Positions 52,636-64,000 of a DNA stretch of 64,000 nt are shown here, one piece after another. Below the pieces are notes generated by a model. It was not told the origin of the DNA and did not search any database. It saw nothing but the letters and a program-made list of their open reading frames with translations. Each line of letters begins with the position of its first letter. The stretch's first letter is position 1. The stretch covers positions 6,014,001 through 6,078,000 of the forward strand of contig CM060731.1 of NCBI GenBank assembly GCA_030704615.1, in the 5' to 3' direction. The stretch is from Takakia lepidozioides (Eukaryota > Plantae > Bryophyta). The translations under genes were made by a program, and so were the position numbers.

Positions 52636-53302
52636 GGTTGATGACCGCAATTCATTATGGCTCCCACCCAAGGGTATTTGTTTTGTTTTGGTTTGGTTTG
52701 GTTTTTTTTTTGTTTTTTTTTTGTTTTTTTTCTGGTTTTGTTTTTTCTGCTATAGCCCTCCAAAAGTGCAGCGGTCCTTCAGGATGGCTCCCACCACAAA
52801 AATGTGGGTCGTTGATGGCCGCAATTCAGGAGAGCTCCCACCCAAATAAACAAACAAGCAAATTTTCTGGATGGGATAAATCTCCAAAAATATGGTCATG
52901 GATGATCGCGATTTAGGATGGTTTTCACCCAAATAAAAATTATTATTATTATTATTTTGGTGGAAATGTGTCCAAAATGCGTGCGTTGACGACCACAATT
53001 CAGGACGGCTTGCACAAAAAGGAAAGAAAAAACGATATGGGATACCCCTCCAAAAATGCGGTCATTGACGGCTGCAATTCAGGACGCCTCCCACCCACAA
53101 AAGAATAAAAAACAAAAATAATAAAAAATAATAAAAAAAAATTTTTTGTTTTTATTTATTTATTTTTGGGTTGGATAGCCTTGCAAAAATGAGGTTGTTG
53201 ACGACCGCAATTTAGGACGGCTCTTCCTCACCACTAAAAAAAAAAAAAAAAAAAAACCTAAAAGAATATAATCGTTGACGACTGCAATTCAGGACGGCTC
53301 CT
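52636..53302 (+). repeat. About 7-8 copies of a ~30-bp motif separated by A/T-rich spacers
   Basis: GTTGAyGrCyGCAATTCAGGACGGCTCC variants near 52637, 52811, 52898, 52985, 53064, 53197 and 53274. Confidence 0.85.
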
Positions 53303-55304
53303 AATAAAAAGAAAAAAAGAAAAAAGAAAACACGTTGTTGGGGGAGCCGTTCTAACTAGACGTGCTATCATTTTGCATTTCAAACTTGAATTTCACATAT
53401 TTTATGTTTGCAAATTAGAGCTCTTATCAGTTTGAATAAACATTCTTCCACGGTTATAGGTTCGGAGCGGTATAGGTCATATTTCTTGGTGATGACGTGA
53501 CATGAGCCTAGACGTTTGTCACGTGGCAAGCATGAGCCTAAGCTCACGCCATGTCATCAACATCAACAGGTGAGCATAGGCTGGCATGAGCCTAGGCTCA
53601 CTAACTCACGGTGTAGCGTCATCCCAGCTCAAGGTGGAGAGCCGGCCATTCTTGGGGTGGTTGACGGCAGCCCCATGTCAATTTCATCGATTTTGATGAT
53701 GTGGTTGGTTTTTTTTGGCCCGGAAATGTCCACCCGCTCATGCAATAGTTGGCCGGGGTTGGGAATCAAGTAGGAAGTTGGTTTTTTGGCAATCTTTGCG
53801 TGCAAATAGCTTAGAAAGTAGTAGCAACAACATGACCAGAGGAATTTGGCTTCCCTCACAAATTGGAACACATATAGGTTGATGTGGGGAACCCATGTTG
53901 GAAATGGGCATTTTTACCTCCCTCTTTTCCCATACAAAGCAACCATTCTCAATATTTGGAATTTGGGTTTGGAATTTTGGGAGAGTTTGCTGTAGGTGCC
54001 ATATAATCAGAATCTGGGTGGCCTGTATCAATGAAAATTGAAATCGTAGGCCATCTGCTTGGTGAAACCACATTTACACTATGAAAATCGAAAATTTGGC
54101 CTGGGACTTTTGCTATAATCTCCCTAATTAGTCAGTCAAATCTCCTGAGATTTTTACAGGAGGTACATGAAATAGGTAAGATCACTCTGGTACAGTTCAT
54201 CCCCTTGGATGTTTGTCAAATGAGAGATATACCCTCATCCATAAGGGTTTTTGGACGGGGCCCACAAAAAACAGGCTCTGTCCTCAAGGGGTTAAGAAGA
54301 AGCCATGGAAAAACAGACCCTACCAGAAGGCGGCATGCTTAGATTGGGTAACTGGGTAATTCCTAACCCGACCAGCAAGGAGAAGCTTAAACTCCAACAG
54401 TCAGATCACTGATAAACCAGCAACCCATGAACCAGATGCTTACAAAAGTCCAAATGAATCTAAAAACTAAGAAAAGCCTGACGCTCTCTTCCTTAGTTAA
54501 TTATGTGACTGAGGAGAAAGCTTGGAGCAATCTAAAAGACTCCAGGACTGGATCACTATTGCAATAGAGGCGCGGAAATATCTCCCTTGATTACTAACAA
54601 ACACCACCGGATCACTGAGCTATGGCAAGTCAGGAGCTCAATGAAGCAAAACACTCCTAGATACACATCTGGAGGGAAAGCATGGAACTGAGCCAAAATG
54701 CACCCGTGAACTTCGAAGGAGGCTTCAGAAAAGCTAAAAAATGTGCCCTTGCCATGAACAGACAGAAGAGATCCCTTCACATTTCCTTCACAAAGACTCG
54801 AAGTTTGACAGAGGAGAGAGAGCGTTAAGATGGGGTCTTGCCAGTGAATCTGAACCCACTCCCACAAGAAGCACCAGTGTAGCACACAAAAAAGCAGACA
54901 TTAGTAGGAGCCAATTACACGTGTTCGACCCCGTCTTTTTCCCATGGTGCTGGGGGCTCTCTACCAGTAGCCAAAGTTAAGTCTATGACGCACACCCAAT
55001 GAAATGACCGAAGGTTTCGCAATTAGCAAGAATAACCTCTGGATTGTTTGGCGTTTCATCACATAAGTCAGAAGGGTCACTCAGCCAAAACTTTCCATAC
55101 AAGCTCAATGATACTAATCACATGCAAATTAGGTCAGCTTGAGGAATGCATACAATCTTTGTGTGTGGTTGGCAAGGTTGTGGGAGCCATTGCAGGGGAG
55201 AGTGAATATCTAATGCCCATGCTCCACAAAGCACAGAAGTGCACATGATACAATCAGAGGTAGCCCTCTGTACCTAGTAGTACTGACTTAATCGTATCTG
55301 AAGG

Positions 55305-58300
55305 TCAGCTCAGCCAGCGTGCAACTCCATCTTCTTCGCCAACAGCCGCCAAAATCTCCATAGATACATTTAAAGTTACCTGCAATCCCCATGTCATGGT
55401 AAATTCAAGGAAACATTCTCCCGGAGCACATAGAGAGACAAAACATGTAACCTCCTCCCAACTTGCAGGATGGCGCATCTTGTCAGAAAGAAGACAAAAC
55501 AAAAGCAGCAGGTGTGAACTGCCTCATGGAGGACAACTCCAAGCTCTTTCATGACTATTAATACTTTAACAGCTGGTTCCTATTCAGTTATGGTGTAGGC
55601 CTTCTCCCTGTAGCCGAATGCAGAAGAGATACATGACAAATAAAGTAGCGTTCAGTTCAGAAGTCCCAATGCTTTTCCAATCCTTCTTAGTATTGCAACT
55701 CTTCAGCCCATAAAATACATAGAACACAAAGGATGAAAGGGCTTACAGAGCGGAATTTTCCATTTGTCAGACTGCAGCTGTCCAAAGTAGCACCTTCCAC
55801 AATCCAGCTCTCCCACATGTCGAAAGTGTGATTCACGAATACCAACTCTAACTTCTTATTTGCCTGCAATGTTACACAAGGGAAGGAAAGTTATGTCTCG
55901 AAGAGTGGGGGCGCCGGCTGAAGCTGGTGTACGTCTTCAAATCATAATGTCTGTAAGAAAGTAGAATAACATCCACCTGTCACCTTACATATATGTGACA
56001 CTAATAAATAATCCTGAACAACTTCAGAATCAAAGAAAGCATTTTCTGATACATCAATCCAAATATCTTGCCAGAAAAGGATTTATCATGTGACCGATGT
56101 CCTTAATGCCATCTGAACAGCACACTAAGTCACTCTGAAGCATAGCCCCCCTCTTCACCTTCTGCTAATACTAACAATGACCCTTGGCTAAGAAGAGTTG
56201 ACCTGAAGCAATTTGCCTCCTGCTGCTAATGACCGTAATCCAATGCGTTCCTGCACAAATGACAAGGCAGTCCAACACCTCTGAGACAACCTTCAATGTG
56301 TGTGTGTGGAACAGTGTTTTTCTTTCTGGTGACAGACAAATAACTATGAGCCCAGCCGACAGCTGATGCAGTGGAGAGCAAGTTCTCACCCGATTTCGCA
56401 CTACAACCAGGAACTGTGCAGCAGGGTCTCTTGAAGTCACATCCATCATGCTGTCCAAGCACCAGCCACGGCCTGGGCCCCTCTGCCTTGCCACATAGTA
56501 ACCACCCCCAGCCTGTGCGTGCAAAGCAATCACCAGCCCCTCCTTTAGTTCGTCAATGGCTAATGCCTCTTTTGCCACCCCTCCTGCCTGCTCTTGCTCC
56601 CCACCAACAGAAAGAGGCTCAATGTCACCAATGCATTTGCTTTCTTCTGGTGAAGCGAAACGAGAATTCAAACTTCTAATACCATCCCTGCCGCTGATGC
56701 TTGTAGCATGGTCATCCCGTGGCAGTGCAACCCAATTGACCTCTCGGTCTTGCGCTATGGTATCCACTGATTGCTGAACCTTTCTTCGCCCAGATCGCTT
56801 TTTGCCCTTCTTTCCTGTTCCCCTGCCATGGTTTCCTCGCATGTCATGCTGCCCCGGTGCATGTTGCGGTAGCATGCATGGATCCTGAGCCTGGAAGAGC
56901 ATCTGTTTGTGCCGAAACTCCTGCCCCTGGGGAGCATCTCCCTTGCGCTGCTCAGAGTCTTTCCCACCTCTCATCAAGCTCTCTCTTTCTGGCTTGTCTT
57001 GGCATTCTTCTTGCCATGTAGCATCTTGCAGGTCGTCCTCATCATCAGAGGCAGCATTTGCAGGGATCACACCATCTAACAGAAACGAACGCAGTACAGC
57101 CACGACTTTGGCCCGAATCTCCATCCATACCTCCTCACTGTAGTCTGCACTGCGTGGAAGAATCAATACATTTGACATTTCCCTGACCTGTCACATACAT
57201 CCACACTTTCCAGCTTGTTAGACTGGAGGTGCACTAAACTATTCGACCGCATTTCACAGCTTTCAGGAAGACTCCATCCTGTGTTTTAGAAATGGCAGGG
57301 CCATGATGCCCATTATGAGCCAAACAGATTTTAGATAAGCCCTCCAGCAGCACACACGAATGAAAATGGATCTTCATGTTACTTCTGTGTTAAGTGTGTA
57401 TTGATAAATCAACTATGCCACCATCCTCTATCTCAACCCCTATACTCTCTGATCAGGTCGGAAGGCCACTACTTTTGGCTCCGAGTCACTATTGAAGTGG
57501 CAGTGCTAGTATCAGAGACTTACAAAATACACAGGTTAGGAGGTGCAGGCATACCCATGCTTCAAGCCATTGAGGGCCTTCGATACCATCAAGAGCACAG
57601 CCAGCAACTGTTCCCTCAATGAGGGCCTGCTTCAGTGCACAGTCATCTAGCAGGTGGCTGCTGCTGGTGTTCACGAGAAAAGCACCTGCCAACGGCCTCA
57701 TTCTTTATCAGAGGGCATCATTTCACATGAAACCACACTTTGTACACTTACACAGTAAGGATCCCTGGCACAAAAGGACATCACGCACATGGATTGCAAC
57801 AGAAGGAAGTGTATTGCCAGCATGTCTACATGAATGATGATGATGATGATGATGATGATAAACATCTATCTTGAACCTGTCATGAAGTTGTGAGCTTCCT
57901 CCTCATGACTGTCCGCTCAGAAGTGCATGAGTAGAAATATGTGCATGAATTGATATTTCCCATCATCCTAATCTTCGATCTAGACTTGGGCTGACAACAA
58001 TCTAGGCATGCACTTGTGAGCTTCTTTGTAGGTCTGTGCTCTATGCACTCTACCTTTCCATTCTAAATTTCTCTACCTCTGACAGCACTTATCCATGTAG
58101 ATAAGGCCAAACTTTCCAGGTAAGGGGCTTGCATTTTCATGTAAAGTGCTTACATGGTTTTCTACCTTTAAATGAACCCAGACAGCCCCATCACCTTCAG
58201 TCCCTGTCTAGCACTTTTAATCACTGCAGCATGTTGGGGACCAAGTCAACCACATGTCAAAGGATATATCACTGCTGATGCAATGTCTCTGCAACATAGA

Positions 58301-59996
58301 TGGAAGAGAGCAGTCAATTTTCTAAACCTTCAGCACTAGCATTTTATGGCCCTACTAACACACTAATAGTGATGTGCAGTTTTATATAGGGCCCACCCCC
58401 GAAAGGGGGCAGTAGTCGAAAGACGAAGTGGCTCTTAGTTACGCCGACCCGGCTGGCGTCTTCTCTCTCTCTCTCTGATGTGAAGTTGATCAAGACTGAC
58501 AATACATTAAATGTATCTGGCAGGCAGAAGCGCACCTGGCTTGATATACTGCAAGGTGTCTGCATTGATCAGCTGCACAGTGTCATTGGTAAGTGCACAA
58601 TGCAGTGTCACCATGTCACTGACCGATAGCAGGTCCTTCAGGCTCTCTACCTTCTTCACAGCTGAGGGAAATGCTCGCTTACCGCGGTGAGCTCCTTCTC
58701 TCTCCTGCATCAATGTAATGTCAGCTAAACCTCCTTTACAACAATTGCAAAAATGAGAATAAACATCCTACTATGCCAACACCCTGACAGATCTGGACTC
58801 ACCAAGAACCCAAAGGTGCCTGTTTGGCTGATATGACATTTAAATCAATGCTGGGAATAAGAAATCTGTTATCATATGCATGGAAACCCCAACTCCATGA
58901 CTTGTCATCTCTGGTTCTATCCTGATGGGAATCTAAGAAAAAAAACTTGCTATCAGATCCATTGCCAGTTTCAACTTTGAACAAGTTCTGCGAGGTTGTG
59001 GTGAGCTAAGATTGCAAGCCCTACAACCAAGCTGGCCCAAAACACAGCCGTGTGAATCAGGAAGGAATTGCTGCTGCAAACTATCTTTGAAGTGCATGCA
59101 AGCATTGTCTTGCAACGTTTTTGCAAGGTTTCACATTCATACATCGCAAACTGTACAGACGTTCATGTGTAACATCTACGATCTCAAGAGGGTGTTGCAC
59201 AAATGTTCCAAGCAAAGAACCAGAAGAACTAGGCACACCATATGAGGACAGTCATGACGCTGCAAGGAAGCGGGGAGGAATTGAGCCGTGTTACCTCCTC
59301 GGGGTCAAATGCGACGACCTTCATCTTGAAAGCGAGACCGCGACAAGCGACTGCACAAGCTGATGCCGATAATCCAACTATCCCAAGGACTAGGCCATGA
59401 CAGCGGCGCATCCCACGGCAAGCAGCATGCATAGTCCCCAGCCACCCGACACTGGCATACCCCTGGGCCGCTAGCACATGCGTGTGTCGCACCAGGCCCA
59501 ATAGTAAGGCCATAACAGTGTCAGCTACCTCCTCTGACCTCCCACTATCCACATGCAGCAGCTGAAGCCCTAAATCATTGGCAAGGGTCGAATCGACTGC
59601 CTTGTCCATGCTACTTAGACACAGAATCAGCTGCCAGGGCTGTAATCTCCGCTGTGCCACACGAGGCAGATATACGAGCGAATGCAACAGCACTGCTACT
59701 GCTGCCTCAATCTTGCCCTCTGCAACCTGTGCCAGCCCTACGTGTTCTACCGCAGCCACACCAGCCAACGCCTCCTCCTCTAATCGGCAATCCTCCAAGC
59801 AGTTCAGTGCTATCACCAGAGGTAGGCCGGATCCATCATTCTCATCTTTCTGATCTTTCTCTCGTATGCTCTCCGAGACAATGTTAAAATTGCTGCCCCC
59901 AGCATTTTGACCACTTACTCTACTCTTCTCACTCCCTTCTACCTCCATTTTGATAATAGACGGATTCTCAGTCGGGCTGTGGATCCCCTTACCCAT
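55305..59996 (-). CDS. AN: ANGUSTIFOLIA (plant CtBP/BARS homolog), about 679 aa, 7 exons
   Basis: Exons 59996-59295, 58704-58536, 57685-57555, 57187-56390, 56250-56203, 55863-55747 and 55379-55305 join in frame. Motifs LPLVIALNCLEDC, EEVADTVMALLLGL, LHCALTNDT, GCALDG, NVLILPRSADYSEEVW, VGEEDGVARWL. Confidence 0.95.
58382..58475 (+). mobile_element. Short structured retroposon-like element in AN intron 2, copy 2
   Basis: Flanked by TGATGTG(C/A)AGTT at 58370-58381 and 58476-58487; (CT)n tail; homologous to 22214-22297. Confidence 0.8.
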
Positions 59997-60480
59997 CTGC
60001 GCCTATTCAGCCTCTTTTAAAACCACAGGTCTCCAGTCACCCTCGCATATCAAGATAGTCCTGGCACAATGACAAGAGGAAATGGATCCATTGTGGTTCA
60101 CGCTTCGGTACGCTTCCAACATCGGGTATGTACTCACAGAGAAAAATCGGTGACGATAATCAACAAAACAACGATTATTGAAGACACGCACAACCACAAC
60201 CTTGGAAGAAAGAAAGTCTTCAGGATCACTGCGGCACAGGAAGGAAGAGAAACAGCGGAGGAAGGAAAACTGTGCAACTAGTGTAATCCAGGTTGTGAAT
60301 GCCGCAGGATTGCATGCAAAGAAGAGAAAGAATGCAGAGCTCCGTTCCGCAGCAGAGCATTGTCGATGAGGAGCGCGGGAAAGCTCCAGCCCCGCTATGG
60401 CCGCTTTGGGTTTTCCGTTTACAACACACAATCGTTAAGCGCCTTGCTTGTAGTTTCCGAACGTTTTTTCGCTTGGTAAC

Positions 60481-60575
60481 GGACGCCCCCAGTGTTTGCA
60501 GCTTTGGCAACAACGAGAGTTTGAGGGACGGACGCCCGCAGTGTTTGCAGCTTTGGCACCAACGAGAGTTTGAGG
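60481..60575. repeat. 49-bp tandem duplication in the AN promoter region
   Basis: GGACGCCCnCAGTGTTTGCAGCTTTGGCAnCAACGAGAGTTTGAGG occurs twice. Confidence 0.9.
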
Positions 60576-60849
60576 CCTTCCGTGGCGCTGTCCACCCCCC
60601 TCCTACCCCTACATGCCACTTCACATCCTGTTCTCCCCACCTTCTACCGGTGTTTGGAAGGATGCTAACGTTTGACCATTGCAACAGGTTTAAAAAACAC
60701 ACCAACAGTCAGTAGCTGTGCACCGAGAGCCACCCGGATGATTCTAAGGTCAAATCCTGCTACCTTGATAGGTGTGGTATGTTCTTCTCCCCTTCCCTGG
60801 ACGGTGTCCCATGCCAAAGCCTTCACGGCGAGTTGAAAGAGGTTATTTT

Positions 60850-63800
60850 CAGTGTTGGGCGGTTACCCGCCTGGCCCCGGGTAACCGCCGGTTCCGGTTA
60901 TGTGGAACCGGACCGGAACCGGACCCGCCTGTGCAGAACCGGAACTGGAACCGGAAATTGGGGATTGTGTGGGAACCGGAACCGGTGGTTCCAGCTCCGA
61001 CCACATGTGTGGGAACGGGGTTTGGGGATTCTAAAGCGGTTCCGGCTCCGGTTCCACCCGTGGGCTGTAGGCCTAAGTGTCTCTACAACTTATCCAGCTC
61101 GCTCTCTCTCGCATACATCTTGCTCGCTACTCGAGTTGAGGTAAGGTTCGTGTTCCGTGTCTCCATCTCCTACTTTATTTGTTTGATTTCTCTCTCGCTC
61201 TCATTTCATCTCTATCTCCCTTCTCTTTTCCTCTTAGGTTGATTGATTTAATGTGTTGTTTGTTTCTTTTCTTCTCAGTTTATCACACAAGAGGGGGCTG
61301 ATCTCTCTTCTGCTGTTGTGGCAGGTGGTGGACACAAAGGGAGGGAGTGTGAGCAGGAGGGCCCTGCCAACCAGCCGTCGCTTGTTGATGGTGAGCAACC
61401 ATCATGTTCTTGTTTTTTTTTTAATTTTTTGGTTCAGCAGGGAGCTAATGGGCCCATGCTCTTGTATTGTGGTAAGTGGCGCATTGGAAGGAGGAAGTGT
61501 GAGCAGGAGGGCCCACGCAACCAGCCCCTTGTTGGTAAGCATCCACCACTTTTGATTATTTTACTGTTTTTAGCTTTAGTTCACCATGAAGCTAATCAGC
61601 CTCCTCCTTTTCTGCCATGGCAGGTGGTGTAGGAGGTAGGGAGGACGAGTAAGGAGGGCCCCACTTGCAACCAGCCCCCTTGGTCCATGGTAATCATTGA
61701 TCATCATTTTTTTTATTTTTTTATTTTTTTTTTTTTTTCTGTTTTCTTTGATGATATACCAAGGGACTGATAACCCCTTGCTCCACTATGGTAGATTTTA
61801 CATTGGAGGGAGCACAAGCAAGGAGGGCCCCGCCAACCAACCCACATTACCCACTAGTAAGTATCTTCCCTTTCTTTAAATTTTTTTAATTCTTGATACA
61901 ATTGGGGGTTGATAAGATAGCCCCTTTGGCTTCTGTTATGGCAGATTCTACATGAGAGGGAGGGAGCCCAAAGCAGGAAGGGACCTGCCAACCAGCCCCC
62001 ATTACCCGCTTGTAACTCCCTTTCATTGAGCTTTATTTTTTTAGTTGTTGGGCTGATTAGCCCATTGCTCTTGTGCTACGGCTGATCGTGCATGGGAGGG
62101 AAAGGAGGGCAAGTAGGAAGGCTTGCCAACCAGCCCCTCTTGCACCGCACATGTAAGCATCCCCCTTCATTTATTTTTTCCATAAAATTGGTATAGCAAG
62201 GGCTGATTAGCCGCTGCTAATGCAGATCTCACACACAAGAAGGAGGTCCAGTGCAAGTAAAAAAGCACGTCAACCAGCCCCTCTCATCTTGTAGTAAGCC
62301 CCCACCCTTTACCTTAGTTTTTTAATGTTATTCTTTCCAATGTGTGGTACAACAAAAGGCTGATTCGTCCTTCCTCATAGTGATATGTTGCACTCGGGAA
62401 GGGAGTATAAATAATAGGCCTCTTGACCCGCCAACCAGCCCCCATTACCCGCGTGTACTTCCCCTTCATTGTTCTTTATTTTTTTAATTATTTTAAGTTT
62501 GTGATATAAGAGGAGCTGATTAGCCCCTTGCTCTTTTGCTATTGTAGATCGTGCATGGGAGGGAAAGAGGGCAAGTAGGGAGGCCTGCCAACCAGCCCCC
62601 GTTCCACCACACATGTAAACATGCCCCTAATTCAATGTTGCATATTTTTTTTTCCCCAGAAAATTGGCATAGCAAGGGGCTGATCAGCCCCCTACTCTGT
62701 TGCTATGTAGATCACACACAAGAAGGAGGAGTGTGAGTTTAGAGCCCGCTAACCAGCCCCCTCATCCTATGGTAAGCCCCCACCCTTTAATAGCTTAGTT
62801 TTTTATTTTATTTTTTCCAATGTGTGGTACAACAGAGGGATGATTTGCTCCTCCTCTCATAGTGAAAGTTTGAACTCGGAAAGGGGAGCACAAATATCAA
62901 GAAGGCTTGACAGCCAGCCCCTACCTCTTGTGGACAATCACCCCACTTTAAAGCTTCATAATTTTTAGTTATAACTCTTCATGTTGTGGTATAACAAGGA
63001 CTGATTTATTTATATGTGGTGAGGGCATTGCAGATCATTTCCCAAGGCATGAAGTAGCCAAGCTGACCACTGAAGCATAAGACTGGTCCACCCCCAACTT
63101 GCTAGGTAGTTTTTGTAATTTGAAAATGTAAATGTACATGTACTAGATAAAGAAAATAACGTAGATCTAAATGTAGGCCATGTATGTAACATTCAGCTCA
63201 ATATGAAATAATAAATTGAGCAGTGCGGTGTCTCTTCCCACACTTTCGTTTTGGCCAGCCATATACCATTCCAAACTTTTGTAAATATATGAATTGTGCA
63301 CAATTATTAAATGTCTTTTGGATTATTTGTTTGCATTGTTTTTACACAGGAGTTGTTCCACAAGCTTTTTATGTCATTGAGCCCAATATTTTCGATTAAC
63401 TAGAAAGAGAAGTTGTTCCTGACATCAATTTTGATAATGAGAGAGCTTTGGTGAAATGTCATGTTGCGGAGGATGCTCATCATGCAACCTCATTTACATC
63501 AGCTCCTCAAGCCTCGGCTGCAATGTCATGTTCCACAGTTTTACCATCACACACGGTGTTGGATGTGGAGGCGCAGCTCCCAGTACTTGAAAAACAACGG
63601 GATTTTTGGAAGCCCCACAATCGCACTGTTTCGACATGGGCATTCTATGCAACAAAAGACTCTGCTCCAGTGGACATAACAAATCCACAACAGATGAGGT
63701 GTGTTCTATGTCATCCTGTTGGTGTCACTCCTGCAAGCAAGAAGGGCATTGTGACCTATAACAAAACCAATGGTATCTCTGCCCTTCGAAAGCATGTGGA

Positions 63801-64000
63801 TTAAGAACATGACATTGTTTTTGCGTAGGTGGATTGAGAGGGAAAATGAATGACCTGAGAAGACCCGTACGCCAGCAAAAAATAAGCCCATCCCCACTCC
63901 TGGAAACATAGTTTTTTTTTTTTGGAGCTCCACTCCATACAACCAAAATGATGATCAACAGAAGCAGTTCAATGAGGATTTAGTCTTGTTCATTGCAAAG
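60850..64000 (+). mobile_element. Coding hAT element (degenerate BED-finger transposase), left part; same family as the MITE at 33132
   Basis: Begins CAGTGTTGGGCGGTTACCCGCC with GGAACC subterminal repeats. BED finger TWAFY...MRCVLCHP...NKTNGISALRKHVD*EH at about 63630-63810. Confidence 0.9.
61290..63110 (+). repeat. Array of about 12 diverged ~155-bp exon-intron units inside the hAT element
   Basis: Each unit has a GCTGAT/GCTAAT-type branch motif, YAG, about 60-75 nt usually containing CAACCAGCCCC, a GTAAG-type donor and a T-rich tract. Confidence 0.88.

Larger units (their letters stand above)
49008..54291 (+). mobile_element. Degenerate piggyBac-like transposon with two nested insertions
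   Basis: WWDKKGVFMLSS near 49705; GIDVQD(Q)QRGAY...KWWY*LFFFLMDTTLVNAYIL at 51465-51590; C-terminal Cys-rich domain CVVCHVRTYYYCLGCDGSHMC; right end GGGG|TTAA at 54288-54295. The left end was not found. Confidence 0.8.

Noticed and set aside
52636-53302. CRISPR-like repeat-spacer appearance
   Set aside because: The repeats are degenerate, the spacers are low-complexity, related and uneven in length, there are no cas genes, and the context is a eukaryotic transposon.
42384-59996. MAP65 plus ANGUSTIFOLIA as a functional cytoskeletal gene cluster
   Set aside because: Adjacency of two convergent genes is not evidence of clustering without synteny or co-expression data.

Overview
Eukaryotic land-plant genomic DNA, probably from a non-seed plant such as a bryophyte (inferred from gene and transposon content). 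Five host genes were reconstructed: an SR45a/TRA2-like splicing factor (+, 2940-7129), an LMBR1-domain membrane protein (+, 8459-17864, one GC-AG intron), an intronless CYP710 sterol C-22 desaturase (+, 27135-28694), a MAP65 gene carrying several lesions (+, 42384-47593) and an intact ANGUSTIFOLIA/CtBP gene (-, 59996-55305). Between them lie nested transposon relics: Ty3/gypsy, CACTA, PIF/Harbinger, hAT plus a cognate MITE, piggyBac-like, a Replitron-type HUH element, foldbacks and tRNA-like heads. The most unusual observations are: (1) a hAT element whose leader is an array of about 12 tandem exon-intron units with mostly intact splice signals; (2) one MAP65 gene that appears able to encode both a MAP65-1-type and a MAP65-3/PLEIADE-type C-terminus by alternative splicing; (3) a short mobile element in two copies with a covarying GNRA/loop-E RNA fold; (4) the CYP710 cassette sitting between direct repeats, with the right repeat supplying its stop codon. 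All coordinates were read by eye, and no database searches were run.
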